Below, one piece after another: positions 12,097 to 24,845 of a stretch of 64,000 bases of DNA. The stretch is from Octopus vulgaris (taxonomy: Eukaryota): NCBI GenBank assembly GCA_951406725.2, contig OX597833.1:54932001-54996000 (forward strand). The letters run 5' to 3'. The position numbers and the translations under genes are program-made. The notes below the pieces were generated by a model. It did not search any database and was not told where the DNA came from. It saw nothing but the letters and a program-made list of their open reading frames with translations. Position 1 is the first letter of the stretch; the number at the start of each line of letters is the position of its first letter.

Positions 12097-13266
12097 TTCT
12101 TCCAACTACTTTGAGATTTTCAAAAACAAAAAAAAAATGTAGTTCTGTTATACTTTTACATGCTGATGATGAAAATCGCTTTCATGTTTTTATTTTTCCT
12201 AGAAATTAATAAAAATCGGAGTTACTGGCATTTAAAAGTTCTGTAATTTTAGCCATCTGAAGAGGTCTTTTGCTAATATGTATAGTTGGCTGGAACTGTC
12301 TGTTGTCATAGAAATAAGCAAACACAACATAGAAGAGACCTTTATGTGGTCTCATGACTTGCTAGAAAAAGCAGCCAAATCTTCCTTAACCTTTTAGTAT
12401 TTAGATTACTCAGTCAAATGTAATGCCTATTTATTCACATTGTTTTCAGTTAATCATGCATTATCTCATGGCTTTGCAATTTCGATGATGTGATTGTATG
12501 TCTTTAGAATGGCATTGTAGGGTAAGTGTAAGATGCTGGACCTGGCTAGTTTGAACTTAAAACAGGTAGTCTGTTTGGGATGGACATGGCATGTTCGAAC
12601 ATTGAAAGGTAAAACTACGCTATTATTATATCTTTAAAAAAATATTTTAAAAAACCCAGAAAGGACAACACATTGTATGATGTATTTGGAAGGTATTGGT
12701 TTTCCTCATTTGTAATTTGAGCACCAATGCATCATAATCATCATCATCATCATTTAATGTCTGTTTTCCATGTTTGCATGGGTTGGACGGTTTGACCAGA
12801 GCTGGCAAGCTTAGGCAGCTGTACCAGGTTCCAGTCTGATTTGACTTGGCCTCTACAGCTGGATGCCCTTCCTAACACCAACCACTTCACAGAGTCGACT
12901 TAGTATATTCTTACATGGCATTGGCACAGGTGCATTGTATGTGGCCTGGCATAGGTGCTTTTTAAGTTTAAAAAAACATTTGGCTGCTATTTCTAGCAAG
13001 TTGTGAGACCACATAAAGGTTTTATCTTCATTGTCTTTGCTGATTTCCTTGACAACAGACAGTTCTGACTCGCTATATATTGGCAACGGATCTCTTTGAT
13101 TGGCTAAAACTATGTAACTTTAAATGTCTGTAACTTCTTTATTGTTAACTTCTAGAAAAAAAAAATGAACACAATTTTTGTAATCAGCATGCAAAATTAT
13201 ATCGGAATTACATTTAAAAAAAAAATAATCTGGTGAAAATTTGAAAACTTCAAGTGGTTGGAAGAA
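12097..13266. repeat. Large degenerate foldback (arms ~12097-12385 and ~12980-13266) with nested insertions
   Basis: Complementary blocks such as GAACTGTCTGTTGTCA/TGACAACAGACAGTTC and CTTGCTAGAAAAAGCAGCCAAAT/ATTTGGCTGCTATTTCTAGCAAG. Confidence 0.65.
12390..12609. mobile_element. piggyBac-like MITE (family H)
   Basis: TTAA|CCTTTTAGTATTTAGATTAC ... ; related copies near 2700-2897, 14875-15040, 26741-26949, 27434-27620. Confidence 0.65.
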
Positions 13267-13524
13267 TGGAAACAGAAACAGATATTACTTGTATGAGGGT
13301 GATGCTTGTTTACATCCATCACATGTCAAGACACATCTGCTTGCATGCATGTATGTACACACACACACACACACAGAGGGAGAGAGAGAGAGACAGAGAG
13401 TCTCAGTTTGTAAAATCCATCCATTTATAAGGCTTTTGTTGGCCCGGGGCTATAACAGAAACACCCAATGTACCATGCAGTTGGACTGAACCTGAAACCA
13501 CATGGTTGAGAAGCAAGCTTTGTT

Positions 13525-13628
13525 AACAAAACTGTCCAACGAATGGGAACATAAATAAAGCATAATGCTCTACCTCTGGTATTTGAGTACTCTTTTTCCA
13601 GCTTGTTTCACATTTATGTGCTTATTCC

Positions 13629-13630
<2 letters not shown>
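13525..13630 (+). mobile_element. Decayed second copy of the 4755-4950 HHR family
   Basis: CAAAACTGTCCAACGAATGGGAAC...AATAAAGCATAATGCTCTACCTCTGGTATTTGAGTACTC...CCGG followed by (TA)n. Confidence 0.65.
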
Positions 13631-13688
<58 letters not shown>

Positions 13689-14659
13689 GATCATTTAATG
13701 CCTGCCTTCCATGCTAGCATGGTTGGGTCAATATATATATATATATATGTGTGTGTGTATATACTTGCACTTGTGTAGTGTGTGTGTTTTCGTAGGAAAG
13801 ACAATCGAGTTGAATATTATATATTTTTGATCACAAATTAATTTTGCTATTGTGCGTTGTAGATATTTATTGATCCTTTGTCATTCCAATAATTGAAATA
13901 TCTTAATTAGTTTTACTGAGAACCATAACTCTAGCTAATCACTATGTGACCTCCTTTTCTCTCGTTTTCTTCCTGTTCAAATCAATAATGTTACTAATTG
14001 CAGTCTTGTGCTCTTGTCCTGGATTCCTCTTCATTTTCCCAGCATTCTCTTTGATGTATTTCAACCATTTCTTCTGTCAGCAGACAGACAAATTTCTGGT
14101 CTAATTCTTTGCCATGGATCTCGTCAAATAATCTTTAATTCTTTTTCGTTTCTGTTTTTTTTTTTTTGTTTTTTCACTTTTTTTCTTCTGTGTGTTGTTT
14201 AATTAGCAATATGAGTATTTGGTTCATATTACAGAACTAATAAAATAAAGATAAAAAAAATACTAATAATTATTGAAATAAAAGAAAGCTCTATTTGATT
14301 GTAGAATGACCATGAGAGATGATCAATGGAGCAGATGCATTACTGTAATTAATTTTTCGGTCTTGGTTCTCGGTTCATATCCTGCCAGTGTAACCTCTTG
14401 CTTCCGTCCCTATGGGGTTGGTTGAGTAATTACTAACAAAATATTTCAATCAATATTGTCGATCATGCCTTTTCTTTTTTAATCATTTTAAAGCCTTTTG
14501 AGCCTTGCGCTTCCATTTGAAATCAATTTGAGTATCATATTCCTTGAATTTTGAAAAAAATATTTGCTTTTGACCATCTGTTCCTTAATCTCTATTTTTT
14601 ATTGACACCTGTTCTTTACCACCTGTTCATTATTATTTCTTTGTTTTTATTATTATTTT

Positions 14660-14707
14660 CTCGAGGCTCGAGAAGAGAGGAGTTATCCTCTCTTCTCGAG
14701 CCTCGAG
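14660..14707. other. Perfect 22-bp GC-rich hairpin with GTTA loop
   Basis: CTCGAGGCTCGAGAAGAGAGGA-GTTA-TCCTCTCTTCTCGAGCCTCGAG. Confidence 0.9.
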
Positions 14708-15045
14708 CCTCGTGTACAGGTGTCAATGATCTTAGATCTCAGCACCAAAACCTGAAGATACATTATTCTTTTTTTAGCAGGAAAAATGCCCTGTTGCTTT
14801 TTGCTGGTTTATTTACAGTTTACTCTGCTAGTTTTCTGCTCCCCTGAGCACACCCTTTAGGCAGAAAATCTATTTAAACCTTTTAGTATTTAAATTGGCC
14901 ATATTTGGCCCCAATAGTCTATCTGTTTTAAATTAAAACCAACCAAACCTGGCTTCACACTCCTACTCGACTATTTCATTTCAAAACTAAGCACCCACAT
15001 CATTGAAATCTCAAAGCTCTGAAGTAATGCATAATTAATTGAAAA

Positions 15046-15265
15046 GGGCAAGCTGGCAGAAACGTTAGCACGCCGGGCAAAATGCTTAGCAGTATTTCGT
15101 CTGCCGCTACGTTCTGTGTTCAAATTTCACTAAGGTCGACTTTGCCTTTCATCCTTTCGGGTGTCGATTAAATAAGTACCAGTTACGCACTGGGGTCGAT
15201 ATAATCAACTTAATAATCCATTTGTCTGTCCTTGTTTGTCCCCTCTGTGTTTAGCCCCTTATGGA
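15046..15265 (+). mobile_element. SINE family B
   Basis: GCAAGCTGGCAGAAACGTTAGCACGCCGGG head, GTTCAAATT B-box-like motif, central GCCTTTCATCCTTTCGGG..GATTAAATAAGTACCAG domain. Confidence 0.8.
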
Positions 15266-15269
15266 TTAA

Positions 15270-15435
15270 GTCGATAACATCGACCCTAGTGTGTAACTGG
15301 TACTTAATTTATCGACCCCGAAAGGATGAAAGTCAAAGTCGACCTCGGCGGAATTTGAACTCAGAACGTAACGGCAGACGAAATACGGCTACGCATTTTG
15401 CCCGGCGTGCTAACGTTTCTGCCAGCTTGCCGCCT
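15270..15435 (-). mobile_element. SINE family B, inverted and tail-to-tail with the previous copy
   Basis: Reverse complement of the family B head and central domain. Confidence 0.8.
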
Positions 15436-16356
15436 TTCTGTTATGTGACTTATAATTGGAGACTGGAGTCCTTGGCTGACACAATTTCACCCTCACCACT
15501 ATGCCTGAGCTGACCTAAGAGTAATGAGTGAGTGGTGACTAAGGGGTAAGAAATCCACACTCGCTAAAAATTTCTGAACTGCCACTCTGTAGCCTCACCA
15601 CCAGATGCAGTTTAATGTCTTGCCCCCCCAGGACAATTCTTTACCATCTGTGAACATCCGTTTCTGTAATTAATAGTGCTGTGAAGCAATATGTAATTAA
15701 AAGCCTCCTAATGAGTCGAAAACTTGAACATAAAATAGAGAAAAGTAGCTTCCAACAAGCTAAGTTTTGTACAGGTTCCATTTCATTTTGTTTGACTTAC
15801 TAATGGCAAAGGGGAAGGAAAAAAAAATCTGGATTTCACATGTTCAGTTTTCCCTTCCTGATAAAATCAGCGTCTTCGTGTCTATTTAGTGAATATAAAA
15901 CAGAAGACTACTGCATTATACAATATCTTATACATCTTACATACTGCAGTAAAGTCATATTATAGTTGGTAATGGATGTGTTTTTGAGAGACATATAAGT
16001 AGGCTACTTCTGCAAATTTTCATTTTTGTTGAAAGGAAATATTGATATTAGTATTTTGGTTGATGGATATCGTTGCTTCATGGTAAAACCTCTTCACTGA
16101 AGTCTAAAATGGTAATTGCCATTTCACTTTTTCATGATAGCCAACTTAGGAGTAGAACATAAAAAAAAAAAAAAAAAAAAAAAACGGAATAAATTCTCGT
16201 TGGAGATGACCAAGTGAGTTTGATCGATAAACTAAATGCATTACTTTATTGGCTCTCCGTTCAGATCCTGTCAGAGGGTTAACCTTACTTGCATCCCTCT
16301 GGGATTTGGTGCTAGAACGAGTACTGGCAATATTATTTCGGTCGATGTGGTCAATT

Positions 16357-16362
<6 letters not shown>

Positions 16363-16448
<86 letters not shown>
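16363..16448. repeat. (TC)n microsatellite
   Basis: Direct reading. Confidence 0.97.
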
Positions 16449-16452
<4 letters not shown>

Positions 16453-16937
16453 GAACATTATTTTGGCCCTTCTATTTGAAATCAATGAGTATAAGATTCC
16501 TTGATTTTTAGCATCTGCTTTCCAGTGATGGAGCAGAGATGGGGAAAATAGTGGCGCTGGTGGTGGTGGGGGAGAAAGGAACAAAGATAGAGGTGTTGAT
16601 TCAAGACTTGTCTCCAAGGTGTTATAACAGAGTTTGAAGTCAAAGTTATTTGATTAACTGCTTTCAAGTTGCTACTGTGTGCTACATTTCTTTCTTTCTT
16701 TTTTTTTTTTTTTTTTTTTGCATCTGTCTTTAAGGCAAAATATCTATTTAACTGGAAAGATATGCACTAAAACCCACTTGCCCACTTATATAACAAAACA
16801 CCGAGAAAAAGATCAAATAAAAAAAAAGCAAAAAACAAAAACAAAACATAAACATTCTCCAGGAATGCAAAGGAAATTTTCAACTCTTTCAAATTTATGA
16901 GGAATTTTGTAAATGATAAAAAAAAAAAAACTATATA

Positions 16938-17306
16938 GGTACAGGTGTGACTGTGTGGTAAGTAGCTTGCTAATCAACCACATGGTTCTGGGTTCAGTCC
17001 CACTGCGTGGCATCTTGGGCAAGTGTCTTCTGCTATAGCCTGGGGCCAACCAATGCCTTGTGAGTGGATTTGGTAGACGGAAACTGAAAGAAGCCTGTCG
17101 TATATGTTTGTGTATATGTGTATATGTTTGTGTGTCTGTGTTTGTCTCCCTAGCATTGCTTGACAACTGATAGTGGTGAGTTTATGTCACCGTCACTTAG
17201 CGGTTCGGCAAAAGAGACCGATAGAATAAGTCCCAGGGTCGATTTGCTCGACTAAAGGCGGTGCTCCAGCATGGCCACAGCCAAATGACTGAAACAAGTA
17301 AAAGAG
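16938..17306 (+). mobile_element. Full-length SINE head A / tail 1
   Basis: tRNA-like head, CTTGGGCAAGTGTCTT CORE-like motif, (TA/TG) spacer, tail ending GACTGAAACAAGTAAAAGAG. Confidence 0.85.
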
Positions 17307-17444
17307 AAATATAGGTACAGGTGTGACGGTGTGGTAAGAAGTATGCTTACCAACCACATGGTTTCAGGTTCACTCCCACTACATGGCACCGAGAGTAAGT
17401 GCCTTCTGCTACAGCACTAGACCAACCAGATTGAATGGAATCAA

Positions 17445-17670
17445 CCCTTTTGTTACTGTATTTATTTTGAGATGCTCTGTGTGTCTTTCAATTAATTTTA
17501 AATATAACAAAGAATTTAGTAAAATAACTTAGTTATCATTAATTAAGCTAGTGTTAGGAACATTAATTGTGACTAAGGTTTGATGGAAGATTTTAATTCA
17601 AAACTAATGGAAACAAGACATTTGTACTACAGAGCCAGAGGAGGTTTCAGCCGGGTTGGTAACGAAAGGG
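17445..17670. mobile_element. piggyBac-like MITE (family G)
   Basis: TCAA|CCCTTTTGTTAC...GTAACGAAAGGG|TTAA. Confidence 0.8.
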
Positions 17671-17674
17671 TTAA

Positions 17675-17962
17675 AGGTGGCAAGCTGGCAGAACCATTAG
17701 CACACCAGGCGAAATGCTTAGCTGTAGTTTGTCTGTCTTTATGTTCCGAGTTCAAATTCCGCCGAGGTCGACTTTACCTTTCATCCTTTCGGGGTCGATA
17801 AATTAAGTACCAGTTATGCACTGGGGTTGATGTAATCGACTTAATCCCTTTGTCTGTCCTTGTTTGCCCCCTCTATGTTTAGCCCCTTGTGGGCAATAAA
17901 GAAATAAGAAACGTTAGCATGCCAGGCGAAATGCTTAGCTTTATTTTGTCTCTCTTTATGTT
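17675..17962 (+). mobile_element. SINE family B tandem; second unit interrupted by the RTE and resuming at 19035
   Basis: ...TTTATGTT[RTE]TCTGAGTTCAAATTCCGC... rejoins the family B consensus. Confidence 0.75.
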
Positions 17963-19034
17963 CATCATCATCATCATCATCATCATCGTTTAGCGTCCGT
18001 TTTCCATGCTAGCATGGGTTGGACGGTTCTACTGGGGTCTGTGAAGCCAGAAGGCTTCATCAGGCCCAGTCAAATCTGGCAGTGTTTCTACGGCTGGATG
18101 CCCTTCCTAACGCCAACCACTCCGTGAGTGTAGTGGGTGCTTTTTACCTGCCACCCGCACAGGTGCCAGACAGAGCTGGCAAACGGCCACGAACGGATGG
18201 TGCTTTTTATGTGCCACCGGCACGAGGGCCAGGCGAGGCTGGCAACGGTCGCGAAACGGAAAGTTCTCTTACATGCCACCGGCACTGGTAACACATCTGC
18301 AATTTCCATTGATCGATTTCGATTCTGATCCTCACTTGCCTCAACGGGTCTTCACAAGCAGAGTTTCGACATGCCACCGGCACTGGTAGCACATCCGCAA
18401 TTTCCATTGATCGATTTCGATTCTGATCCTCACTTGCCTCAACACGTCTTCACAAGTAGAGTTTTGTGTCCCAAGAAGGGAAGGTATGCATACGTAGGCT
18501 GGCTCCATCCCATGTAGAAGGCCACGGGTTATGGACTCACTTGTCCTGCCGGGTCTTCTCGCGCACAGCACACTTCCAGAGGTCTCGGTCTCTAGTCATT
18601 TCCTCAGTGAGACCTAAAGTTCGAAGGTCGTGCTTCACCACCTCATCCCAGGTTTTCCTGGGTCTGCCTCTTCCACAGGTTCCCTCAACCGCTAGGGTGT
18701 GGCACTTTTTCACACAACTATCTTCATCCATTCTCGCCACATGACCATACCAGCGCAAACGTCTCTCTTGCACACCACAACTGATGCTTCTTAGGTCCAG
18801 CTTTTCTCTCAAGGTACTTACACTCTGCCGAGTGTGAGTACCGGCATTACACATCCATCGGAGCATACTGGCTTCATTTCTAGCGAGCTTACGCATATCC
18901 TCAGCAGTCACGGCCCATGTTTCACTGCCATGTAGCATGGCTGTTCGTACACACGCATCATACAGTCTGCCTTTCACTCTGTGCGAGAGGCCTTTTGTCA
19001 CCAGCAGAGGTAAGAGCTCTCTGAACTTTGCCCA
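17963..19034 (-). mobile_element. 5'-truncated RTE-clade LINE (ORF C-terminus, 3' UTR, (GAT)n tail)
   Basis: ORF motifs LHGSETW, RLRWYGHV.RM, GRGRPRKTW; 3' UTR carries a ~99-bp tandem duplication. Confidence 0.9.
18537..19034 (-). pseudogene. RTE reverse transcriptase C-terminal coding fragment (open frame WAKFRELLPLLV...KTRQDK*)
   Basis: ORF track 18537..19001 extends in frame to 19034; motifs typical of the RTE ORF C-terminus. Confidence 0.85.
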
Positions 19035-20146
19035 TCTGAGTTCAAATTCCGCTGAGGTCGATTTTGCCTTTCATCCTTTCGAGGTTGATAAATTAAGTAC
19101 CGGTTGTGTACTAGGATTGATTTAATCAACTGGCTCCCTCCCCAAAAATTTCGGGCCTTGTACCTAGAGTAGAAAAATTGGGTAGATTTGGTAAATAGAA
19201 TCTGAACTGAAAGAAGTCTTGTCATTTGTGTGTGTGTGTGTGTGTGCGTGTGTGTGTGTGTGTGAGTGTGAGTGTGTGTCTTTGGTATGTATTAGTCCTA
19301 CACCATCACTTGGCAACTAGTGTTGGTTTGTGTATGTCCCCCATAACTTAGTGGTTCAGCAATAGAGACCAATAGAATAAGTACCGGGCTTGAAAAAAAA
19401 AAAACAAGTACTGGGGTCGATTGGTTCTCGTAAACCCTTCAAGGCGGTACTCCAGCATGGCCGTGGTCCAATGACTAAAGCAAGTCACTGATAGCAGATA
19501 CATAAGGCAGAAGCAACAGCATATTCTGTATTATGACAATGAATGTCACCATCATCATCATCACTATCATCATCCTCATCATCATCATCATCATCGCCAC
19601 CACCATCATCACCACCACCATCGTCACCATCACTCACCAATACTCCAGAGTTATATTAGAAATTGCATTAATAAATATTAATGAATGGATTATCTTTAAA
19701 TAGCTTTACTCACATACTACCAAATTATTAAATTAATCACAAGTTGTGTGAATATTTGAGTGTGTGTGTGTGTGTGTGACAAAATCCCTAGATGCTTGAG
19801 AATACATTTATGTTATGTTTAACAAAGACAAGAAGCTTTGGAAGATGCCTTAAATTTTCATGGTTCTAATTACCATTCGCATCTTTTGTGATCTCAACGT
19901 GGAAAAGAAAAATAAGAAAAACGTAGCTCTTGGAAAGGAAAACAAGGAATTAATAATAATGAAGTCTACTGAGTTGAGAATGGAATTAAGCAGGATATAC
20001 TTAATAAATATACATTATAAGAAACACATTTGATGGAATAATAATTAAAATATCAAACAGAGGATGAGCTTGTCACCAGTAAACAAAAGATAATTGCTTT
20101 TTGATAAGAACAGAGAAAGAGAGAGAGGGAGAAAGAAAGAAACTAG

Positions 20147-20611
20147 CATCATCATCATCATCATCATCATTTAACGTCCGCTTTCCATGCTAGCATGGGT
20201 TGGACGGTTCGACTGGGATCTGGGAAGCCAGAAGGCTGCACGGGGCTCCAGTCTGATCTGGCAGTGTTTCTACAGCTGGATAATGAAGAAGGTGAAGATA
20301 GTGCCAATTATTGTTGGGTCCTTGGGATCAGGATTGGAAAGTATCAAGGGGGATCATCATCATCATCATCATCATCATTTAACGTCCGTTTTCCATGCTA
20401 GCATGGGTTGGACGGTTCAACTGGGATCTGGGAAGCCAGAAGGCTGCACCAGGCTCCAGTCTGATCCAGCAGGGTTTCTACTGCTGGATGCCCTTCCTAA
20501 CGCCAACCACTCCGTGAGTGTAGTAGGTGCTTTTTACGTGCCACCGGCACAGGTGCCAGGCAAGGCTGGCACGGCCACGATCGGATGGTGCCTTTTACGT
20601 GCCACCGGCAC
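20147..20611 (-). mobile_element. Two RTE-tail/SINE-tail fragments flanking an R4/Dong-like coding fragment (20277-20353, + strand)
   Basis: Two (CAT)n-TTTAACGTCCG tails; the insert translates WIMKKVKIVPIIVGSLGSGLESIKG. Confidence 0.7.
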
Positions 20612-20867
20612 GTGCTCCAGCATAGCCACAGTTAATCAAATGACTGAAACAAGTAAAAGAATGAAAGAAAAAAATATGAATAAATAAAGATTATGTGTAG
20701 ATTTTCGTTATCTCACCCCCATTAAAAAATTGGGTTGGCTCCCCACTAAAAAAAATTAAGTTAATGTGGCAACAAGAAATTGGATTAAAAGGGTTAGATC
20801 CTTTTGATTCAATACTCCAAGGCATTGTTGATGTTTGGCCTCCTCATTAGGCATGGTTTGATTTATG

Positions 20868-21182
20868 CAGTTCTGTATATAAGAGATGAGGAATTATGTA
20901 CATTATTTACGTTTGACGGGCGTATGGCGTAGTGGTTAAGAGCACAGGCTACCAACCCCAAGATTCCGAGTTTGATTCCAAGCAGTGACCTGAATAATAA
21001 TAATAATAATAATAGTAATAGTAGTAGCAGCAGCATTGAAAAATACCTTAGGAATGAGAACCCAGGTTCGAAATTTCCTCAAGGCACCTGAAGAAGGCTG
21101 GAGGGTACATCAGCCAAAATGTTGTGTTAACAACAAACAAGATGAGGACTAATATCCATCAAATGTAAATAATGTAAATAAT
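20868..21182 (+). mobile_element. tRNA-headed, hammerhead-containing retroposon with Penelope-like inverted 5' end (copy 1)
   Basis: A-box TGGCGTAGTGG 20925-20935, B-box 20970-20979, decayed HHR 21083-21128, 16-bp TSD GCATGGTWTGATTTRT (20851-20866/21183-21198). Confidence 0.8.
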
Positions 21183-21197
21183 GCATGGTATGATTTG

Positions 21198-21323
21198 TTA
21201 TTCTTTGTAAGCCTGGTACTTATTCGATCAGTCTCTTTTGCCGAAACGCTAACTTATGGGGACATAAACACACCAGCATCGGTTGTCAAGCGATGTTGGA
21301 GGGACAAGCACAGACACACAAAT

Positions 21324-21370
<47 letters not shown>

Positions 21371-21541
21371 CATATATACGATGGGCTTTTTTCAGTTTCC
21401 ATCTACCAAATCCACTCACAAGGCTTTGGTTGGTCCGAGGCTATAGTAGAAGACACTTGCCCAAGGTGCCACGCAGTGGGACTGAACCCGGAACCACGTG
21501 GTTGGTAAGCAAGCTAGTTACCACACAGCCACTCCTGCGCC
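21198..21541 (-). mobile_element. SINE head A / tail 1 (3' part missing)
   Basis: Ends CACACAGCCACTCCTGCGCC, the reverse complement of the head. Confidence 0.85.
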
Positions 21542-22082
21542 TATTATTAGGAATTGTATTTTAACAAAAATATTTATTTTGTGTATTATAGAAACATAAC
21601 AAGTTTATTGCACATAGATTTTAACAACAAAATCTTATATGAACCCCAGTTGAGGATCATTGATGTAGCCCAAATCTAGTTCATTGTCTCTTGCTATACA
21701 GCTATGGTTTAACACCATTACAGTTAAACACAGCATGTCAAGAGAAGCTAGTGTGAAAGCTGGGTCAGGCAGCAAGCAATTGTAACAACTGTGACATCAC
21801 TATAGAAACAAACTATAAACAAAAGAACAGATTGCCACTAGTTTTTTTAAGTGTTGACCTGACCTGACTTGACCTTTAACCTATTTCTAAGCCTTCTCAC
21901 TTTTGTTCTAATATTTGACACTTTGAATCTATCTGGGTCAAAAAAAGAAAAAAATGTCAATTAGTATGTGAGTATTTTTAGACAGAGCTTAGCATTCTGT
22001 TTGACAGGGGGGTGGGGTTAAGGGTGGGGGAGAGGTTCTTCTTTTACATTTAGATTATTCTGTCAGTTGTAATTTATCTTCT

Positions 22083-22570
22083 ATCTCTTACCTGTTTCAG
22101 TCATTAGACAGCGGCCATGCTGGGGCATCCCCTTGAATTTTTAGTTGAATGGATTCCCCCCTCCCACTTATTTTTTTTTTTCCAGCCTGGTACATATTGT
22201 TATTGTTCTCTTTTGCCTAATGCCTAAGTTATCGGGACGTAAACACACCCACACCAGTTTTCAAGGGGCGGCAGGGGACATAACAGGCTTCTTTCAGTTT
22301 CCGCCTACCAAATCCACTCATGAGGCTTTGGTCAGCCTGAGGCTATGGTAGAAGACACTTGCCCAAGGTGCTACGAAGTGGGACTGAATGTGGGACCATG
22401 TGTTGATGTTTGCCTACCTCCCCCATCACCGCTTGGCAACTGGTGTTGGTGTGTTTACATCCCCATAACTCAAGCATTTTGGCAAAAGAGACCAATAGAA
22501 TAAGTCCTGGGGCCGATTTCTTAGACTAAAACCTTTTAAGACTGAAACAAATAAAAAAAAAAAATAAAAG
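22083..22570. mobile_element. Two decayed SINE A fragments in opposite orientation
   Basis: Minus copy ~22083-22400, plus tail ~22410-22570. Confidence 0.65.
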
Positions 22571-22677
22571 TATAGGTAGCACCTGCAGTTACCTTTTTAG
22601 GATATCACAATATAGCCATACAAGAATAAAGTACTCACAAAAATACTATTGTATTCAGGGAATGATTTGTCTCATTG

Positions 22678-23142
22678 ACCATATTTCTGTTGAGATGCTC
22701 TGTGTTTCTTTCGGTTATTTTCAAATATGACAAAGAATTTAGTAAAATATCTTAGTTATCATTAAGCTGGTGTTAGGAACATATATTGTGACTAAGGTTT
22801 GGTGGAAGATTTTTATTCAGAACTTATGAAAACAAGACATTTGTACTACAGGGCCAGAGGCGCTTTCAGCTGGGTTGGTATTAAAAGGGTTAAGAATTGT
22901 TTCTCTATTATATATTTTAACCTTTTCGTTATTGTATTTATTTTGAGATGCTCTGTGTTTCTTTCAATTAATTTCAAATATAACAAAGAATTTAGTAAAA
23001 TAACTTAGTTATCATTAAGCTGGTGTTAGGAACATATATTGTAACTAAGGTTTGGTGGAAGATTTTTATTCAAAACTTATGAAAACAAGACATTTGTACT
23101 ACAGGGCCAGAGGCGCTTTCAGCTGGGTTGGTATCGAAAGGG
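22678..23142. mobile_element. Two tandem piggyBac-like MITEs (family G): 22678-22889 and 22921-23142
   Basis: Both end AAAGGG|TTAA; the second starts TTAA|CCTTTTCG. Confidence 0.8.
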
Positions 23143-23688
23143 TTAATATTATGAAATGCAAATTAAACACCAGTTCTTATGGGGCCCCTTGGGTCTTCTG
23201 AAGGCACTTACAGCAACACTTCACATATTTAGATCCCTTGTCAAAGGAAGGAAATTAACACATCCCAATAAATATATTGCTTTTTACATGAAATTTTCCC
23301 CTGACACATGATGGTTTTAATTAAGAACCTACCCTCCTTTCTTTGCTAAAATCTTTAAAAAAAGTCAAACACTTAACCCATAAGATTATCTGGCAATTTT
23401 ATGTTCTTTAATTTAGTAAAATAATCCTTTCTACTACAGGCACAAGGTCTGAAATTTTGCGGGAGGGGCCTAGTTGATTGCATTGAACCCCAGTAGTTCA
23501 CTAGTACTTAATTTATCCACCCCAAAAGGATGAAAGGCTAAGTCGACCTTGGCAGAAGTTGAACTCCGAACGTTTAATTTTAACCTTTTTGTGTCTATAT
23601 TTTTAAGGAAATACCCTGCTTATTGCCAATATGAGATTAATCGTTTAGGATTCAAATTACTCTATTAAATGTAGACACTATTAAATAT

Positions 23689-23990
23689 GGAGGCACATGG
23701 CCTAGTGGTTAGAGCGGCGGACTCGCGGTCGAGGGATCGCGGGTTCGAATCTCAGACCGGGAGATGTGTGTGTTTATGAATGAAACACCTAAGCTCCACG
23801 CGGCTCCGGCAGAAGGTAATGGCGAACTTCTGCTGACTCTTTCGGCACAACTTTCTCTCACTCTTTCCTCCTGCATCTTGCAGCTCACCTGCGATGGACC
23901 GGCGTCTCGTCCAGGTGGGGAACCTATACGCCAAAAAACCGGGAAACCGGCCCTTATGAGCCAGGCATGGCTCGAGAAGGAACAAACAAC
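23689..23990 (+). mobile_element. tRNA-derived SINE head D, tail D1 (resembles octopus OR-type SINEs, from memory)
   Basis: TGGCCTAGTGG A-box, GGTTCGAATC B-box; tail GGCATGGCTCGAGAAGGAACAAACAAC. Confidence 0.85.
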
Positions 23991-24312
23991 TTATATATTT
24001 ACATTATTGTTAATTACTGGTACATTGTCTTGTAGCTTTGAGACTTCAATGATGTGATATCTATATGATATCTATATTACAATATTACAATAACCGATAA
24101 TGTGTTGTGCATGGATAGTAGTATTATGATCATGAAATTAGGATTAACTTATCTCACTCTTTCTCATGGAACCCCTAGGAGCCTTTTTGCGGAACCCTAG
24201 GGTTCCGGGTAACCCCAGTGGAAAAACACTGCTCTATATGATAAATCGTTACTTAAGTATGAACACTCTAAATGGTGGCAGCCTCAGGAAAGTTGATCCT
24301 TTTATTCTCTTA

Positions 24313-24710
24313 TTCTTTTACTTGTTTCAGTCATTTGACTGTGGCCATGCTGGAGCACTGCATTCAGGCGAACAAATCGATCCCAGGACTTATTCTTTGT
24401 TAACCTAGTATGTATTCTATTGGTCTCTTTTGCCAAACCGCTAAGTTACAGGAATGTAAATATATCAGCATTGGTTGTCATGCAGTGGTCGGGGGACACA
24501 GACACAGAAACATACACACACACGCACGCACACACACACACAAACACACACAGTCTTCTTTCAGTTTCCGTCTACCAAATCCACTCACAAGGCTTTGGTC
24601 GGCCCAAGGCTATAGTAGAAGACACTTGGCCAAGGTGTCACACTGTGGGACTGAACCCGGAACCATGTGGTTGGGAAGCAAACTACTTACCACACAGCCA
24701 CTCCTGTGCT
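24313..24710 (-). mobile_element. Full-length SINE head A / tail 1
   Basis: Reverse complement of the family consensus. Confidence 0.85.
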
Positions 24711-24796
24711 TGTTTCTTGTTCCCTTGGCGTTAAATTTAATAATCCTTTTTCTATCATCTACCACATGTTTTAGCTTAGCGAAAGTGACAGTACTT

Positions 24797-24845
<49 letters not shown>

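Noticed and set aside
23689-23765. tRNA gene candidates (also other A/B-box heads)
   Set aside because: There is no complete acceptor stem or Pol III terminator, and each runs into a SINE body.
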